A model generated the notes under the pieces. That model did no database searches. It saw nothing but the letters and a program-made list of their open reading frames with translations, and was not told where the DNA came from. A stretch of 64,000 nucleotides of DNA from Lepidodermella squamata (lineage: Eukaryota; Animalia; Gastrotricha): contig JBLDXI010000054.1 in NCBI GenBank assembly GCA_047495785.1, positions 682,001 to 746,000 on the forward strand, in the 5' to 3' direction. Numbering within the stretch: the first letter of the stretch is position 1; each line of letters opens with the position of its first letter. The position numbers were made by a program, and so were the translations under genes. Below, one piece after another: positions 21,821-34,452 of the stretch.

Positions 21821-23873
21821 ATGCACTTGGTCGTAGCGGCAATTTTGATCTTCAGTGTTGCGTCATCTTCACCGAGCATTTTGAAGGCTGAAGTTGACAA
21901 CGTTGACTATACTTCAACGCGGGCTGTGCGCGACTTCCCAGACCAGTGGTTCATTCATGCGCCAGATTATTTTGACAGGACGAATACCAATAGTTGGATG
22001 CAACCCTACCGCGTCAACTCAGAATTCAGAACACCAGCGGAGGTCCTGTTTTTATCCTAATCGGTGGAGCGAGTAAGCCGCTGTCGAATTACTACTTCGA
22101 CCCTATGGAGACGCATCGCTGGATGGTTTGAAATTTCTGACATGCTCTTACCGATCTCGCAGCTTTAACATCGAAAATTCGAAGGTAAAGTTTTTTCCTG
22201 GATTAATACAGGAGGCAACATACAGAAATCGTGGAGATTTATGTAGAACTAGTGCCAAAATTTGAGGAAAAGAGGGGCGATGAAGAAAGAACTTGTTGTA
22301 ATACTGGTGAGTGAAAGGTGAACATTAAGGGAACTTGGTGGAATTGGGGGAAGGATGGGAAAGTTATGGGGATGTATGGGGGGTAATGAAAGCGATCGTA
22401 TGAGAAGAATGCGTCGAATGGGGTCAACCAGCCTTGACAGGCAAGTATCGGGCAAGTTTTAGAGGTATTTGGGAGAACTAACAAACGATTTTCAACTTGC
22501 GCCTCTTTCAAGTTTTCATAATCATTATCAGAGGATCTCACGCTGGGGTCAGCAAACAAGGGAGATATAGTCTCCTGAATTAACATAAAATGAAACTTTG
22601 ATATGAAATAGTTGATTAGATGGCTGAGGAAAGTTTATAGTAATAGCTTGAGTGAATAAGTTAGAAGTTAGAGGAATAGAAGGAAGTAAAGGGAAGACGA
22701 AAAGTACGAGCATCGGTTGAATATGGGTAGAGCAGCCATGAGGTGTGTTGAGGGTTTTTTGACCCTAATGTGGGTTGAGAAAGGATACCGGTTTAACATG
22801 GCAGAAAGTAAACAAATTGATTTTAACTTGTTCCCTCTTAGGTTTTCATAATAGGAGGATCTTACGCAGGATCTTTGGCAGCATGGTTTCAGCAGCGTTA
22901 CCGCCACCTGGTAGACGGGACCCTCTCGGCAAGCGCCCCTTACCTAGCCCAGGTAGAATTCGTCGAATACGCCGAGACCATCCAACGCGTCGCTAACGCC
23001 GAATCGCCTGGTTGCTACGACACATTCGCTAAAGGCATGAAGAGCATCCAAAAGCTATTCGAGACCAATAAAAAAACGCTGAAAACAAAACTCAAGCTAT
23101 GTGAAGACCTGACCTCCGGCACATCTGATTTGTATACTCTGAATTACAACATTATAACGCCATTTGCAGAGGCTATACAGTACGGGGATCAGGATCGAAA
23201 TGCTTTGTTCAAAAACGTGGATGAGTTCTGCTCGACTCTGACTTCTGTTGCCGACCCCGTTGAAGGCCTGGCGATGATCAACTCGAAAAATTTGGAATTC
23301 AACAACGAAACCTGCCTGTATACATACCCTGCCTTGATAAAACAACTGCAGAACACCAGCTTAGATTCCAAATTCATCGCAAGTCGATACTGGTTCTGGC
23401 AGACCTGTTCAGAGTTTGGCTAGTACCAGACTTACACGAACGCAAAAATAGGAACAACCTTCCTACCTTTGTCGTACTTTCGTTATATCTGTGCTGATGT
23501 CTTCGGCCCGAGATTCGGCACCTTTGGCTTTGTTTTGAGCAACGTCGATTATACTAATATGTTCCACGGCGGTTACAATTTGTCCCTGCAGAATACTATC
23601 ATTTGGAACGGCGATTACGACCCGTGGAGTCGACTCAGCATTCGATCGCCCGTCCCCGGCGCGGTTGAAACCTATGTCTATAATGTGGCGAAATATTCCC
23701 ATTGCGCTATCCTGCAACCCCGTTCGCCCAATGAATCGGATGAGGCGAATAAGGTTCGTAATGAAATTATGGATACATTCGCCCGTTGGAATTCGGGAGG
23801 ACTGGCTGCATCAATTGTTGACGTTAAAGTGTTGCTTACAGCGATGCTCTGCTACTCCGTTTTTGTCTTTTGA
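21821..23873 (+). pseudogene. Serine peptidase S28 family pseudogene
   Basis: Paralogue of 26484-28336. Frameshift near 22030, deletions removing the LEHRFYG region of exon 1, and an in-frame TGG>TAG stop at 23421-23423. GGSYAG, GDYDPW and SHC motifs remain. Confidence 0.85.
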
Positions 23874-24586
23874 TTCCAATGTACCTTTAGGGTACAATTC
23901 AACCCTAATTGGACAAGTTTGATTTTATTTCATTGTGAGAAATAAAGATGGAATACAGATGAAAAATTACCAGGCAAACTTACTAATGATACTAGTAGGC
24001 TAAAAAGAAGTCTAAAAATACTACAAGTAGCAGGCTTTGAAATGAATATGGTGTTCTTGCTTGAAAAAATAAGTAATGGGAACAAGTTTTACGCGCCCTC
24101 AAATTTAGCACAAAAATATTGGAAAAATGCGTAAATTGCATGCTTTTTGACGCACTTGTATTTTCGGGTTATTAGGTTATTTAGCATGAAAACTATGCAT
24201 CGCAGAGAAAAATCCTATTGCACCAGCAAATTGAAAAGCTGCATATAAGAAACTTATGAAGTAATTTTTGACAAAATTAACCTATCAAGCAAGCCTTATT
24301 TTCGCTTCTTTAATTTCTCAGAAGTGCGTAAAAGATACCACGGTTTCACTTGCCGAGGCTCATTTGTATGAGAAAAAATGAAAATTCAAATTTTTGGATG
24401 CAATGTATACCGATCAGAATGTCACGATGGGCGTGACTAATTATATTTCCACGCATTGTTTATTAACATCGCAACAGTATCAAAATAGATAAAAATGAAA
24501 TTATTCATTCATTGCTTGGAACAAAAGCACGCGACAATTTCTCGCTTGCCTTATCAGGCCTTATTTATCTGCAACCCTTTGAATTT

Positions 24587-25885
24587 TCACAGTGCACTCA
24601 TAGAAAAGACTGAAACGTCAATTATTACAACAACGAGAGTTGAGGTTATATAGAACAACATATCAACCAGTCGTATTCTCGTGACCTCTATACGCTTCGA
24701 GCTTATTGTTAGCACAGTTAAGGAATGTTTCCAATTAGCGACTTCACAACAAATTAACGAATAGAAAGTGACAATGGCACTTGCTCCAAGTTGGATAGCA
24801 AGAAATGCCTCGATTATTGGCGTTTGTGATGATTTCGGTATTGAGTCAGTTATCACTGACTGAAGAACTGCAAATGACAGTAAAACTGTGATACAGAAAA
24901 CAGGCCGGTCATTTGACCTAGGAGAAATGAAACCCGAGGCTAAAATCATCACTTGAAGTATGATACAAGGCACGTAAATACTGACAACAAATGAAGAATA
25001 CTTTCTCGCAAAAGTGAACTCTACTACAACCCGATTGTAGATCAGGTCATCATTTGGGTAGGTTTCATTCCTGAGGGTGATGTTGCCCGAGACTAGGCGC
25101 CAAATTTCTGTCGACGAGATGAAATTGTCGTCGAAAGTTAGACCGTACTTGGGTCGAATCTTCAGAACAGTTCTCTCGATATTTTCGAAAGATTCAATAA
25201 GCAGCTCGCATTGTTGGACATCGAACGGAAATTTGGTGTAGTCCAAATTGCAGAAAAACGATATCGGAGCCATTATTGGCCACACAACTGTCGTATCCGG
25301 GTAGAAATAGACCTTCGTCCTGTCAGCTAACCTGTAAAAAGGAGGATCATTAGGATGAATGTAGAGGGCAAAATGTGCACTCACGCCTCGAAAGGCAACA
25401 GGTCGTTAACTGAGTTGGGCACTGTCATCATTGGATACCAAACCTCAGCAGCTTTGATTTTGAAGTATTCAACATTGACGGACTTGTCATCCCGCCAGTC
25501 AACACATGGGTGGTGCCAATACAAGTTTATTGAAGCTAGAATCGAAACCCTATTTCAACGAGAACGAGAGGATAGGGTGATTGAAAGGTTGGAAAATGGA
25601 AATTACTTACGTTTGATCTCTATCTGATAATGCTCGAAAACGCATTGCCAAGAAGTCGATTTCAAGGTCAATGGGCTGGGCAAATGCCGCAACTGGTCGA
25701 ACCTTTGATTCAAGGAAGCATTTTGAGATCATAAACCTAGTAACTCTCTCCTCTTCTGGTATAAAAACTGGCCATTTCGTGTTACTGAAAATGTCAGCAT
25801 TTGCAATTAGAGAGCTATTGTTTTGATTGGCCGATGTTGCTATTGAAAACTGAAGAACTTCAAGTAATAGTAAAAAATAAATCAT
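24587..25885 (-). CDS. Cys-loop ligand-gated ion channel subunit, non-alpha, short M3-M4 loop (exons 25611-25885, 25385-25549, 24587-25331)
   Basis: Signal peptide; spliced exon 2 has LYW and VWYP (loop A). Cys-loop CNLDYTKFPFDVQQC; four TM helices; M2 SNDRPVFCITVLLSFAVLQ. Confidence 0.9.
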
Positions 25886-26483
25886 TTGTGTATCGCGAAT
25901 GAAAATGATGAATCGTCATGAATGAGAGCAACTCAAGTTCCACGTTTAAGCGCTAATTGGTTGGTAAGCATTTTAGAGGCGGAAGCCATTCGGATGCATG
26001 CCAATGTACGCCGTTATTTGTTCTGGCTAGCGTAACGGAGACAGACAATTCGATCGAGGCCATTTAGTAGTAGTAGTAGTAGAAGTGGGCGACAAAATTG
26101 TCGTGCTGAAAGGTCAATTTATTTGAAAACTTGATCGACCGCGAAAATTCCGAAATGCTGATCTTAATTTTCGACACTTTCAATATTCGATACACGTTGA
26201 GGGACGTCGAAAAACTCCTAACGAGAATGCGGAGATGCTAAAATATAAATTCAGAAAGCTAAAAAGATTCTCAAGGTTACCATGAGGACATTCACTCATG
26301 ACTCATGGTTCAATTTGAAGAACCAATTCTATTATCATGGGCAGCACCTTTTCAAGGTTTTGGGGTTATCAAGTCAGCAGTTATCTTATCGCTAAGGATC
26401 CCCTTTATCGCTAAAAGCATAGGCACAAATGGGTGAAAAAATACGGAAGTGAGCTCATTTCCTTCTCGAAAATCTCGGTAAAA

Positions 26484-28336
26484 ATGCACTTGATCGTGTT
26501 GACACTTTTAACCTTCTGTGTCGCTTCATCGACACCAAGCATTTTGAAAATTGAAGTTGACGATGTTGAGTATACTTCAACACGAGCCGTTCGCGACTTC
26601 CCAGACCAGTGGTTCACGCAGCCCCAAGATCATTTCGACAGGGCTAATGTGAACACGTGGCAACAACGCTACCGCATCAACCCAGAATTCTACGCCAGCG
26701 GAGGGCCTATTTTCATCCTAATCGGTGGAGAGAGTAGCACGCTGTCGACATACTACTTGGAGAAAGGCCTCATGTATGACATGGCTAAAATCCACAAAGG
26801 GGTCATGTTCCACCTTGAGCACCGATTCTATGGAATTAGCAAACCGACTGTGGACACTTCCCTTGACAATCTGAAATTCTTGTCAAGCGATCAAGGCCTT
26901 GCTGATCTCGCAGCTTTTACTTCATACATCAGGTCCCAATACAAAAACTCGAAGGTAAGAAAATCTTCAGCATCAAAAAATGCGAAAATTTGAGGGGAAA
27001 GATGGAAGGGAGAAGTTATTCGAATTCAGGTGTGGAGTAAGATGCAAATCGAGGGAACCTATAGAAATGCGAGCGGGCAAGGGATGATAAAGTATGGCGT
27101 AGAATGGGAAAGTATGGGGAAGTGTGGGGAAAGGAAGGGGGAAAATGGAGTGTAAGATGAAGGATGGGGAAGTATGAGGAATTTAGCGGAGAAAGGGTCG
27201 AATTGGGGTTTTGGGCATATTCCATAGGTATTTAGAATTAAGAGAATTGACAAACGATTTTCAATTTGTGCCCCTTTCAGGTTTTCATAATCGGAGGATC
27301 GTATGCTGGAGATATGGCAGCATGGTTTCAACAGCGTTACCGCCCCCTCGTGGATGGGATCCTCTCAGCAAGCGGGCCTTACCTAGCCAAGGTTGATTTC
27401 GTCGAATACGCCGAGACTTTCCAACGTGTTACCAACGCCGAATTCCCGGGTTGCTATGACAAATTCGTTCAAGGCATTCAAAGCATCGAAAAGCTGTATG
27501 CAACTGATAAGAACGCGCTGAAAACAAAATTCAAGCTATGCGAAGACTTGACCACCGACACATCTGATTTGTATACCCTGATTGACAACATGGTCACGCC
27601 ATTTGCCGGGGCTATTCAGTACGGAGATCAGGATCGAAATGCTTTGTTCAAAAACGCTTATGAGGTCTGCTCGAATCTGACATCTGTTGCCGACCCCCTC
27701 GAAGGCCTGGCAATGATCAACTCGAAAAATTTGGATTTCAACAAAGACACATGCTTGTACACATACAATGGCTTCCTGTCACATCTGCAGAACACAAGTT
27801 GGGATTCCAAATTCCTTGCAAGTCGAGGCTGGATCTGGCAGACCTGTTCTGAGTTTGGCTGGTACCAGACTTATACCGACGGAAAGAATCCAGCTACAAC
27901 CTTCCTACCCCTGTCGTATTTCCTTAAGATTTGCTCTGATGTCTACAGCCCGAAATACGGTAGCCTGGACTACGTTTCCAGCAACGTCGATCGAACTAAT
28001 GTCTACTACGGCGGTTATGATTTGTCCCTGCAGAACGCTGTTGTCTGGAACGGTGACTATGACCCGTGGAGTCGCGTCAGCATTCGATCGCCCATTCCCG
28101 ATGCGGTTGAAACATATGTCTACAATGTAGCAAAATATTCCCATTGCACTGTCATGCGGGCCCAATCGCCCAATGACTCGGATGAGGCTAATAAGGTCCG
28201 AAATGAAATTATGGAGACGTTCGATCGTTGGATTAAGGGAGGATCACGACCGATTAATGGCGGATTGTCAGCATCAAGGATCGACGTTAAAATGCTGCTT
28301 ACGGCGTTGCTTTGCTTTGCCTTTTTCCTTGTTTGA
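26484..28336 (+). CDS. Serine peptidase S28 family (PRCP/DPP7/PRSS16-like), probably GPI-anchored (exons 26484-26954, 27281-28336)
   Basis: Signal peptide; FTQPQDHF, WQQRY, GPIFILIGGE, LEHRFYG, GGSYAG (Ser), GDYDPW (Asp), SHC (His). Ends in a hydrophobic stretch with no cytosolic tail. Confidence 0.92.
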
Positions 28337-30671
28337 TTCAAATGTACCTCTAAGGTACTAATCGGCTTCATCGGACAAATTCAGATTTATTTGATTGCGA
28401 GAAATAAAAATCGTAAAATTATCAGCAACCGCTCACCAAAGTATATCTTTGTTTAGAAGCGTCAGATCAAAAATGGGGTATTAAATGGGGTATGCCTTAT
28501 TTGACAGGTAACAAGTGAAAGGTCTGGCGAATTTGTTGTATTTTCTAGAAAATCCCAAAATGTGTGATGACTTGAAGATGGGCGATTCTTGGGCTCCTTG
28601 CGGATTTGAATTTTCAAATTTCAGACCTCCACGAGGCTCCTATGCTCCTTAAAAGACGGGAAACCCTGAAGATGCCCTGGAAAGTTACATGATACAGAAT
28701 GTCGTAGAGACACTAGGTTGATCCCAGCTTTGAACAACAGCTTTGAATATATAGCACATAGCGAGATTCTCCACCTCAGATTAACCTCAGAAATGTCGAC
28801 AGTGCTCGTGAAGTTATTATCGGGTCAGCGTTATAAGCTTCATCGTCTGCTGAAGTCACCTATATCGGAAGTCATGCGCGTTCTTTGAATAATTACGCGG
28901 AATATATGTCTCAATATTACCGCTTTCGCTTGTGAGGGAAAGGGCTATTAGCGAGATCAATCGACAATTTATACTTTCATGGTCGATGTCGGCTCGCGGC
29001 GACTTTTGAAAGAAATCAAATTAATTATAAGTGTAAACAAGTCCCGTAACACAGATCATTTTATTTTGCCGTTGCTAATTTCGCAAAATGGATAATCAAT
29101 ACAGTACAGGTTTACGTGCATCGCTATTTATAGGTATCAGCATCACATACGTAAGATTTCTCACAAGACGGCGCCGGTACGCCTCCGTAACAGTAGCAAG
29201 AATGCGTAAAATATCTACCTAAAAATCTCACATATGTTAATAGTTGCCCGCGAAACTTCGGACGGTAGTGACGTATTTTCTCACCTAACACTGATACTTC
29301 CGAGACAAGATCCTGCTCAGTCTCCCCAGGATAAAGGATATAGGGCCTTCCGGGGAGACTTGGCTTGGCACAGCCTTTAGGACACCTGAAACCGGCTCTG
29401 CAGTCCGGTCAACTTTTTACCTTCTGTCAATTGTTAGAACTCGGTCATCGTTCAATTGAATTCATTCAAAATAATAAATAAGCGATCTGCTCAATTCTGA
29501 ATATTTCTCATAGCTGAAGTGAGCGGTTAATCTCAATCACTGGGCAGAAATAAGGCAACAGCTTCAAATGCCAGTGATTAGCTCGGGATTTCGTTCGCGT
29601 GAGAAACAGTTATCGCATAATTGTTGGCAATTTGTAATTATTGTAATTATTTAATATCTCTCTATCATTCTGTATACACATGCCGTACGATCAGAGGGAA
29701 AGTTTTATTAGCAAGATCATCGGGCAAGACACATTTTCCTATATATTTTGAACGGTTGAATTTTCTAACTACTACGCACCGCAATAGCATTTTGGCTTAG
29801 TGTTCCCGATTTTTTAATGAGAAGGATCAATAAGGCGAATGAAGCCGAGAGATGAACTCTATTTTTAGGTACCCTAGACAAGATACGCGACGCATATTTG
29901 CCCTGCGATGCTTTTGAAGCTGCAAGAGGGTACAAATTCTAACGCTGACAGATGCAATTCTTTATGGCTTAATTCGTGTCGTTCAAGAACTATAGTTCAT
30001 TTCCTTTTACCTATCTTAGAATATTGGTCTAGCAAACAGTAACGCAGATGGACAGTAAGTACCTCTTAGTGACTGTGCAGAGATTGTCGAAGATTGGTGC
30101 CAAATTTATCATTACTCTTTACTCGCTACCCGAAAGCATTCGCCCACTTTTATCTTTGCTAAGTTTGATATATTACATCCATCTTCTTTAGGCTAACTCG
30201 AGTTATACATTTTGAGATTTCAGCCAATATTAAGAATAAAGTTATAACAGCCCTTGGCGTCAGAAAAGATTATTTTGTCAGAATTCAGAATCATGGAGAG
30301 TAAAAATAGCTCTTAGCATCTGAATATGAGTGCTTTGTGTAGGTGCAGTTCAAAGTCTGACCTGCATTGTATTGTCTAGAGATAACTAGGTAGACAAAAC
30401 AAAGCCAGCAAATGCTTTCAACTTCTCGCATTTCCCTAGGGTTTGCAATCACTGACTAACATTGTTTCCATCCGGTTCTGCGGCTAGTTCTGCGACTCTG
30501 TTTGGGCTAGTGGAGAAAGTCAGCTAAGAGCCTAGCAAAACCAACCCTGTGGCCTATCTCGGCTGAAATTACATCCGATTGCGTCAGTATAAATGCCGAG
30601 CACGTTGATTCGTGAAGTCTTTTATTGGCTCAGAACTACAAATTCAATTAACCTTTCAATTTTAGGTTAAA

Positions 30672-32996
30672 ATGAAGCATTTTGTGGTATTACTTCTTGG
30701 TCTCATGGCAAATGGGCAATCTACGAAAAGGTTCAAACCAATGGCTATCAAAATGTTGCGTCTCTATCCAGATAAAAACAACGATCCGCAACAAGCGAAA
30801 GCTATCAGCTTTGTCTCTCAGCTGGCAGTCGACCAAATCAACGCAAGGCGAGACATTCTACCAGATTATCACATCGAACTGGACATTAAGGACGATTTGT
30901 TGGGTAACCTCGCTCCAAAGCTATTGATTGAGTTCCGACGGGAGGTTGAGGCGGATGCGAGCATCATTCAATCACCGATTGTTGCAGGCCCGGATTTTTC
31001 TTCCGGCTGTAAATCCCTCGGCCCACTCGTGACGTATGCCAATTCTATCGCGATCGCCGGGTTCTGCTCCGCCGCTTTGTTCGCTTCGAAACCTTTCCCG
31101 GATTTCTACCTGTCCTTAGCAACCGTCAAGACAAAAGCTTTCGCTCAGCTTCGTTTCATGCTTGGGGTCGGGAAATGGAATAAGTTCGCCATTCTCACGA
31201 ACTCAGCCAGCCCGGCTGATCTCAGTAACGGGATGTACTTCCAAGAAATCGCTGTTGCAGCTGGAATGGTAGTTCCCTGGTTCCATATGGCAATCGACAT
31301 TGACCCGGAGGCGGTCATCTCCCTAAAGAAAAGCGGGCTAAGAATCATTTTCATCGCAACTGGAAATACAGGAATGGTCGCGAGATTTCTATGCGAATGC
31401 TATCTCCAAGGAATAACGGGTCCCCGATACATTTTCATCAACACCATTGTCGGTTTTTCAGCGACTCAAGCTCATGGCTGTACCTTGGACCAGCTCAACA
31501 CACAATGGCGCCAAACGATTTTCGTCGGGAATTTGAATCGGCCTGATAACGATACAATCGCCTCAGATATCGGCACTACAGCTCGTGAGTTAGAGGCAAC
31601 GGTTCTTCGAAAATTCAACGATACATCAATGGACCCGTATCTAGTTTCGTTCAATGCGTATGACACAGTTCTGAGATCGGCGCTACTCCTCCATTACACT
31701 GAAATAAGACTTAGGTCGAAATACAATTTGACTCTAGCTAATTACCGCGATCGTCCTGATGTTGTAGTTCGGGCTGCGAATGAATCTTTGCTAGCGACTA
31801 AGATCACCGGGGTTCGAGTTGGGGCGTTGTACTACAATGCGGCTGGTAAGATTCAGGGGGATATATCAGCCATTGCTCAGTGGAGCCCGGAATCTGGTAT
31901 GACAAACGTTGCAATATGCGAGCAGCTCCCTGGCGTTGAGGACAAGGATGAGTTCGCCTATGATAGCTACACTGACAAGATCTTGCGGCCTATCTACTGG
32001 GTAGCTGGGAGATCTCCCAGAGACCAGCCTATTCTCTTTAGGAGTGTGAAACGAGTTCAAGATGGTATCTTCACTGCAGTCATAGTTCTAGTTGTCTTGG
32101 TAACTGTCGCTCAAAATTTAGCTGCAGTTGGGATCCTAATCAAAAGAGATGTTACTTTCAGTTTGATGACAAAACTTATTGGACTGTTCGGATGCTTGGT
32201 AATGAACGTTGCGGCTATACTTTTCGCGACTAATCGATCTGTCGAAAGTCCCCAGCTTCAGGTTTTATCAATCATGATGCTATGTTTAGGTGGGACGATT
32301 CTCTTCGGAACGGTTTCCTTCCGTCTTTTTGCTCTATTTCGAGCTTTACGTGCCATGTCTTCACGATCTTTCAAAACTGCTGGAAGCATTCGATCAAAAA
32401 TCACCGTCTCAAGTAAAGGAGGTGGTTCGGTCGCATCTGATAACTCTGCTCGAGCTGCTTCTGTAGATCCTATGAAACATTTGAATGGGAAACAGCCGAT
32501 TCCTCTGGCGACAAAGACCTGGAATGAAGTTGACAAAAATGCTGTAAAAATGACCCTTTTACTGACTTTGGGGATCGCAGCAGTTCTAACTGCGTGGTTT
32601 TCCAGCCAGGATACAACGTGCCGAACCAACATGCTAGGAGATCCTGTTTACTTTGAAGATCGGGACACTATTGTTGAAACGTGGTCTGTCAAGTGCATCA
32701 CGTCTAATCTCACCGGTTTCGCCCTCGCAATCGGCTGTTTCCTTATTCTAGTCCTAATGATTGGAGCTTTTGCGGCGTATCAGCTGAATCACATTCGAAG
32801 TGTGGCTCTCAATGAGTTGAATTTCATGTACATCGCAATTGCTAACGCAGCGTCTCTGTTCATCGGTGCGATTCTAACGGCCTTGATTTTGAGTAACAGC
32901 CCAATCGAGCAGCAAATTGCCATAGCGTTCGCCATAATCGTCATTTCGTCATCGACATCAGCTACGTGGGTGGTTCCGTTGTTCAAGCGAAAGTAG
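30672..32996 (+). CDS. Intronless GABA-B-like class C GPCR, copy 4
   Basis: 774-aa ORF with the same VFT and 7TM motifs; TATAAA about 85 nt upstream (about 30588). Confidence 0.85.
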   Translation: MKHFVVLLLGLMANGQSTKRFKPMAIKMLRLYPDKNNDPQQAKAISFVSQLAVDQINARRDILPDYHIELDIKDDLLGNLAPKLLIEFRREVEADASIIQSPIVAGPDFSSGCKSLGPLVTYANSIAIAGFCSAALFASKPFPDFYLSLATVKTKAFAQLRFMLGVGKWNKFAILTNSASPADLSNGMYFQEIAVAAGMVVPWFHMAIDIDPEAVISLKKSGLRIIFIATGNTGMVARFLCECYLQGITGPRYIFINTIVGFSATQAHGCTLDQLNTQWRQTIFVGNLNRPDNDTIASDIGTTARELEATVLRKFNDTSMDPYLVSFNAYDTVLRSALLLHYTEIRLRSKYNLTLANYRDRPDVVVRAANESLLATKITGVRVGALYYNAAGKIQGDISAIAQWSPESGMTNVAICEQLPGVEDKDEFAYDSYTDKILRPIYWVAGRSPRDQPILFRSVKRVQDGIFTAVIVLVVLVTVAQNLAAVGILIKRDVTFSLMTKLIGLFGCLVMNVAAILFATNRSVESPQLQVLSIMMLCLGGTILFGTVSFRLFALFRALRAMSSRSFKTAGSIRSKITVSSKGGGSVASDNSARAASVDPMKHLNGKQPIPLATKTWNEVDKNAVKMTLLLTLGIAAVLTAWFSSQDTTCRTNMLGDPVYFEDRDTIVETWSVKCITSNLTGFALAIGCFLILVLMIGAFAAYQLNHIRSVALNELNFMYIAIANAASLFIGAILTALILSNSPIEQQIAIAFAIIVISSSTSATWVVPLFKRK

Positions 32997-34452
32997 ATTT
33001 GGACTGGAAAGGAGGTAGGAATAAGTGCGTCTGGTGTCTGCTGACGTGCTGTTTTGACTTGATTTTTCAAACTAATTTCCTGTTTTCACGCTTTCAAATT
33101 TTTTATGTCGTGTGAACTCCAGTGAAGTAAACGAGAGTATTGTGGAATAAAGACGTGATGAATCTAACTTCTAACTTCGCAATCGCATTCAGCTATACTC
33201 ATCAAAATTGGAACGCTGCTACTGATCATGTTACAGGGAGCAAAGTAAGACAACAGAATTTGTTGAAAAGGAAAATCGCCGTAAGGCCCCCTTTGGTCTT
33301 CAACTGAGTTCACCTTGCAGGCCGATTGAACTGGTATGGATGATCCCTACCATCCCTAATAGTGGCACCTCGCTCTCTGTCATGTTGTAGTCAAATTCTG
33401 AACAGGACCGAATAATCATGACTTGTTGCTACCTTTTTTCTCACTGACAATTTTTTTTATAACCGAGCTCTCAACTGTGGGATAAATGCTCTTAAATAAA
33501 TAAATAAATCCATTCGGTCTTCTCTGGCTCTTACGAACTAATGGAAGCTCAGGAAATTACAGACTGACTGAAATGAATAACTGGGAATATCTCATCAAAT
33601 GCTTCAGAGACCAGCCTTCCATGAATCAGCTGATTTTCCATGACATCCTTCGCCCATCTTCAACCCGGAATCAAAGGCATACAACTCCTATCCGATGGAA
33701 ATCCCCCACGCCAATTCCTGCATGGTTCTGAAATCGGTCAATGCTAATCCAACATTTTTTATTTCTGCCAGTGTGCAAAGTACGGGAGGTACGGAGGTTA
33801 CCATGAGAGGTTCAGGAAATAAATACCCAAAATTACCGCGAGACTATTACTGCATCAGCAGCTGAATTTTTTATGATGACCTTAAAGTGGGCCTGATCGA
33901 AATGTCAAAGGAGCGCGCATTTAGGTTTATGGGCTAAATTCCTATTATAACAGGAATTCTTGATCATTACATTACCAAACTTCACTTTTATACTCACAGT
34001 TTACAGTGATCCCAGAATCTTGAGTGATCGCGCAATAACGCCCCATTGGATTGCCGATTGTCTGTAAATGGTTAAAAATACGATTTGAGGAAATTTGAGC
34101 ATTTAAAAGCCTCCTCCCACGTCCATGTCCACATATGAAATTCGAGTCAAATGGCGAGTAGTCTCAATGCACTGTTCGCCAAGTTTTATTTCACACATTA
34201 AAAAAGGGAAACGAATCAGCCAAATTCGTAGGCGAGTATGTCCGAAAACTGACAACATAAAACTGCACCTGAAAAACAATTAACGTATATGCTGAAAAAT
34301 CAGTCAGGGTCAAGTCATTCCTTGCAGACCGTTGCAGCAATTTATAGCAGAAAATGTATACATATTCCCTACAAATTCGACATATACGTTAGCAGAAAAA
34401 ATAGTTAAAATTTCGAATGTTTCATATTCAGAGACATTGATCAGTTATCAGC

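Noticed and set aside
22239-22586. Pro/Phe/Ser-rich minus-strand ORFs (also 27016-27331)
   Set aside because: Antisense translation of the purine-rich S28 introns.
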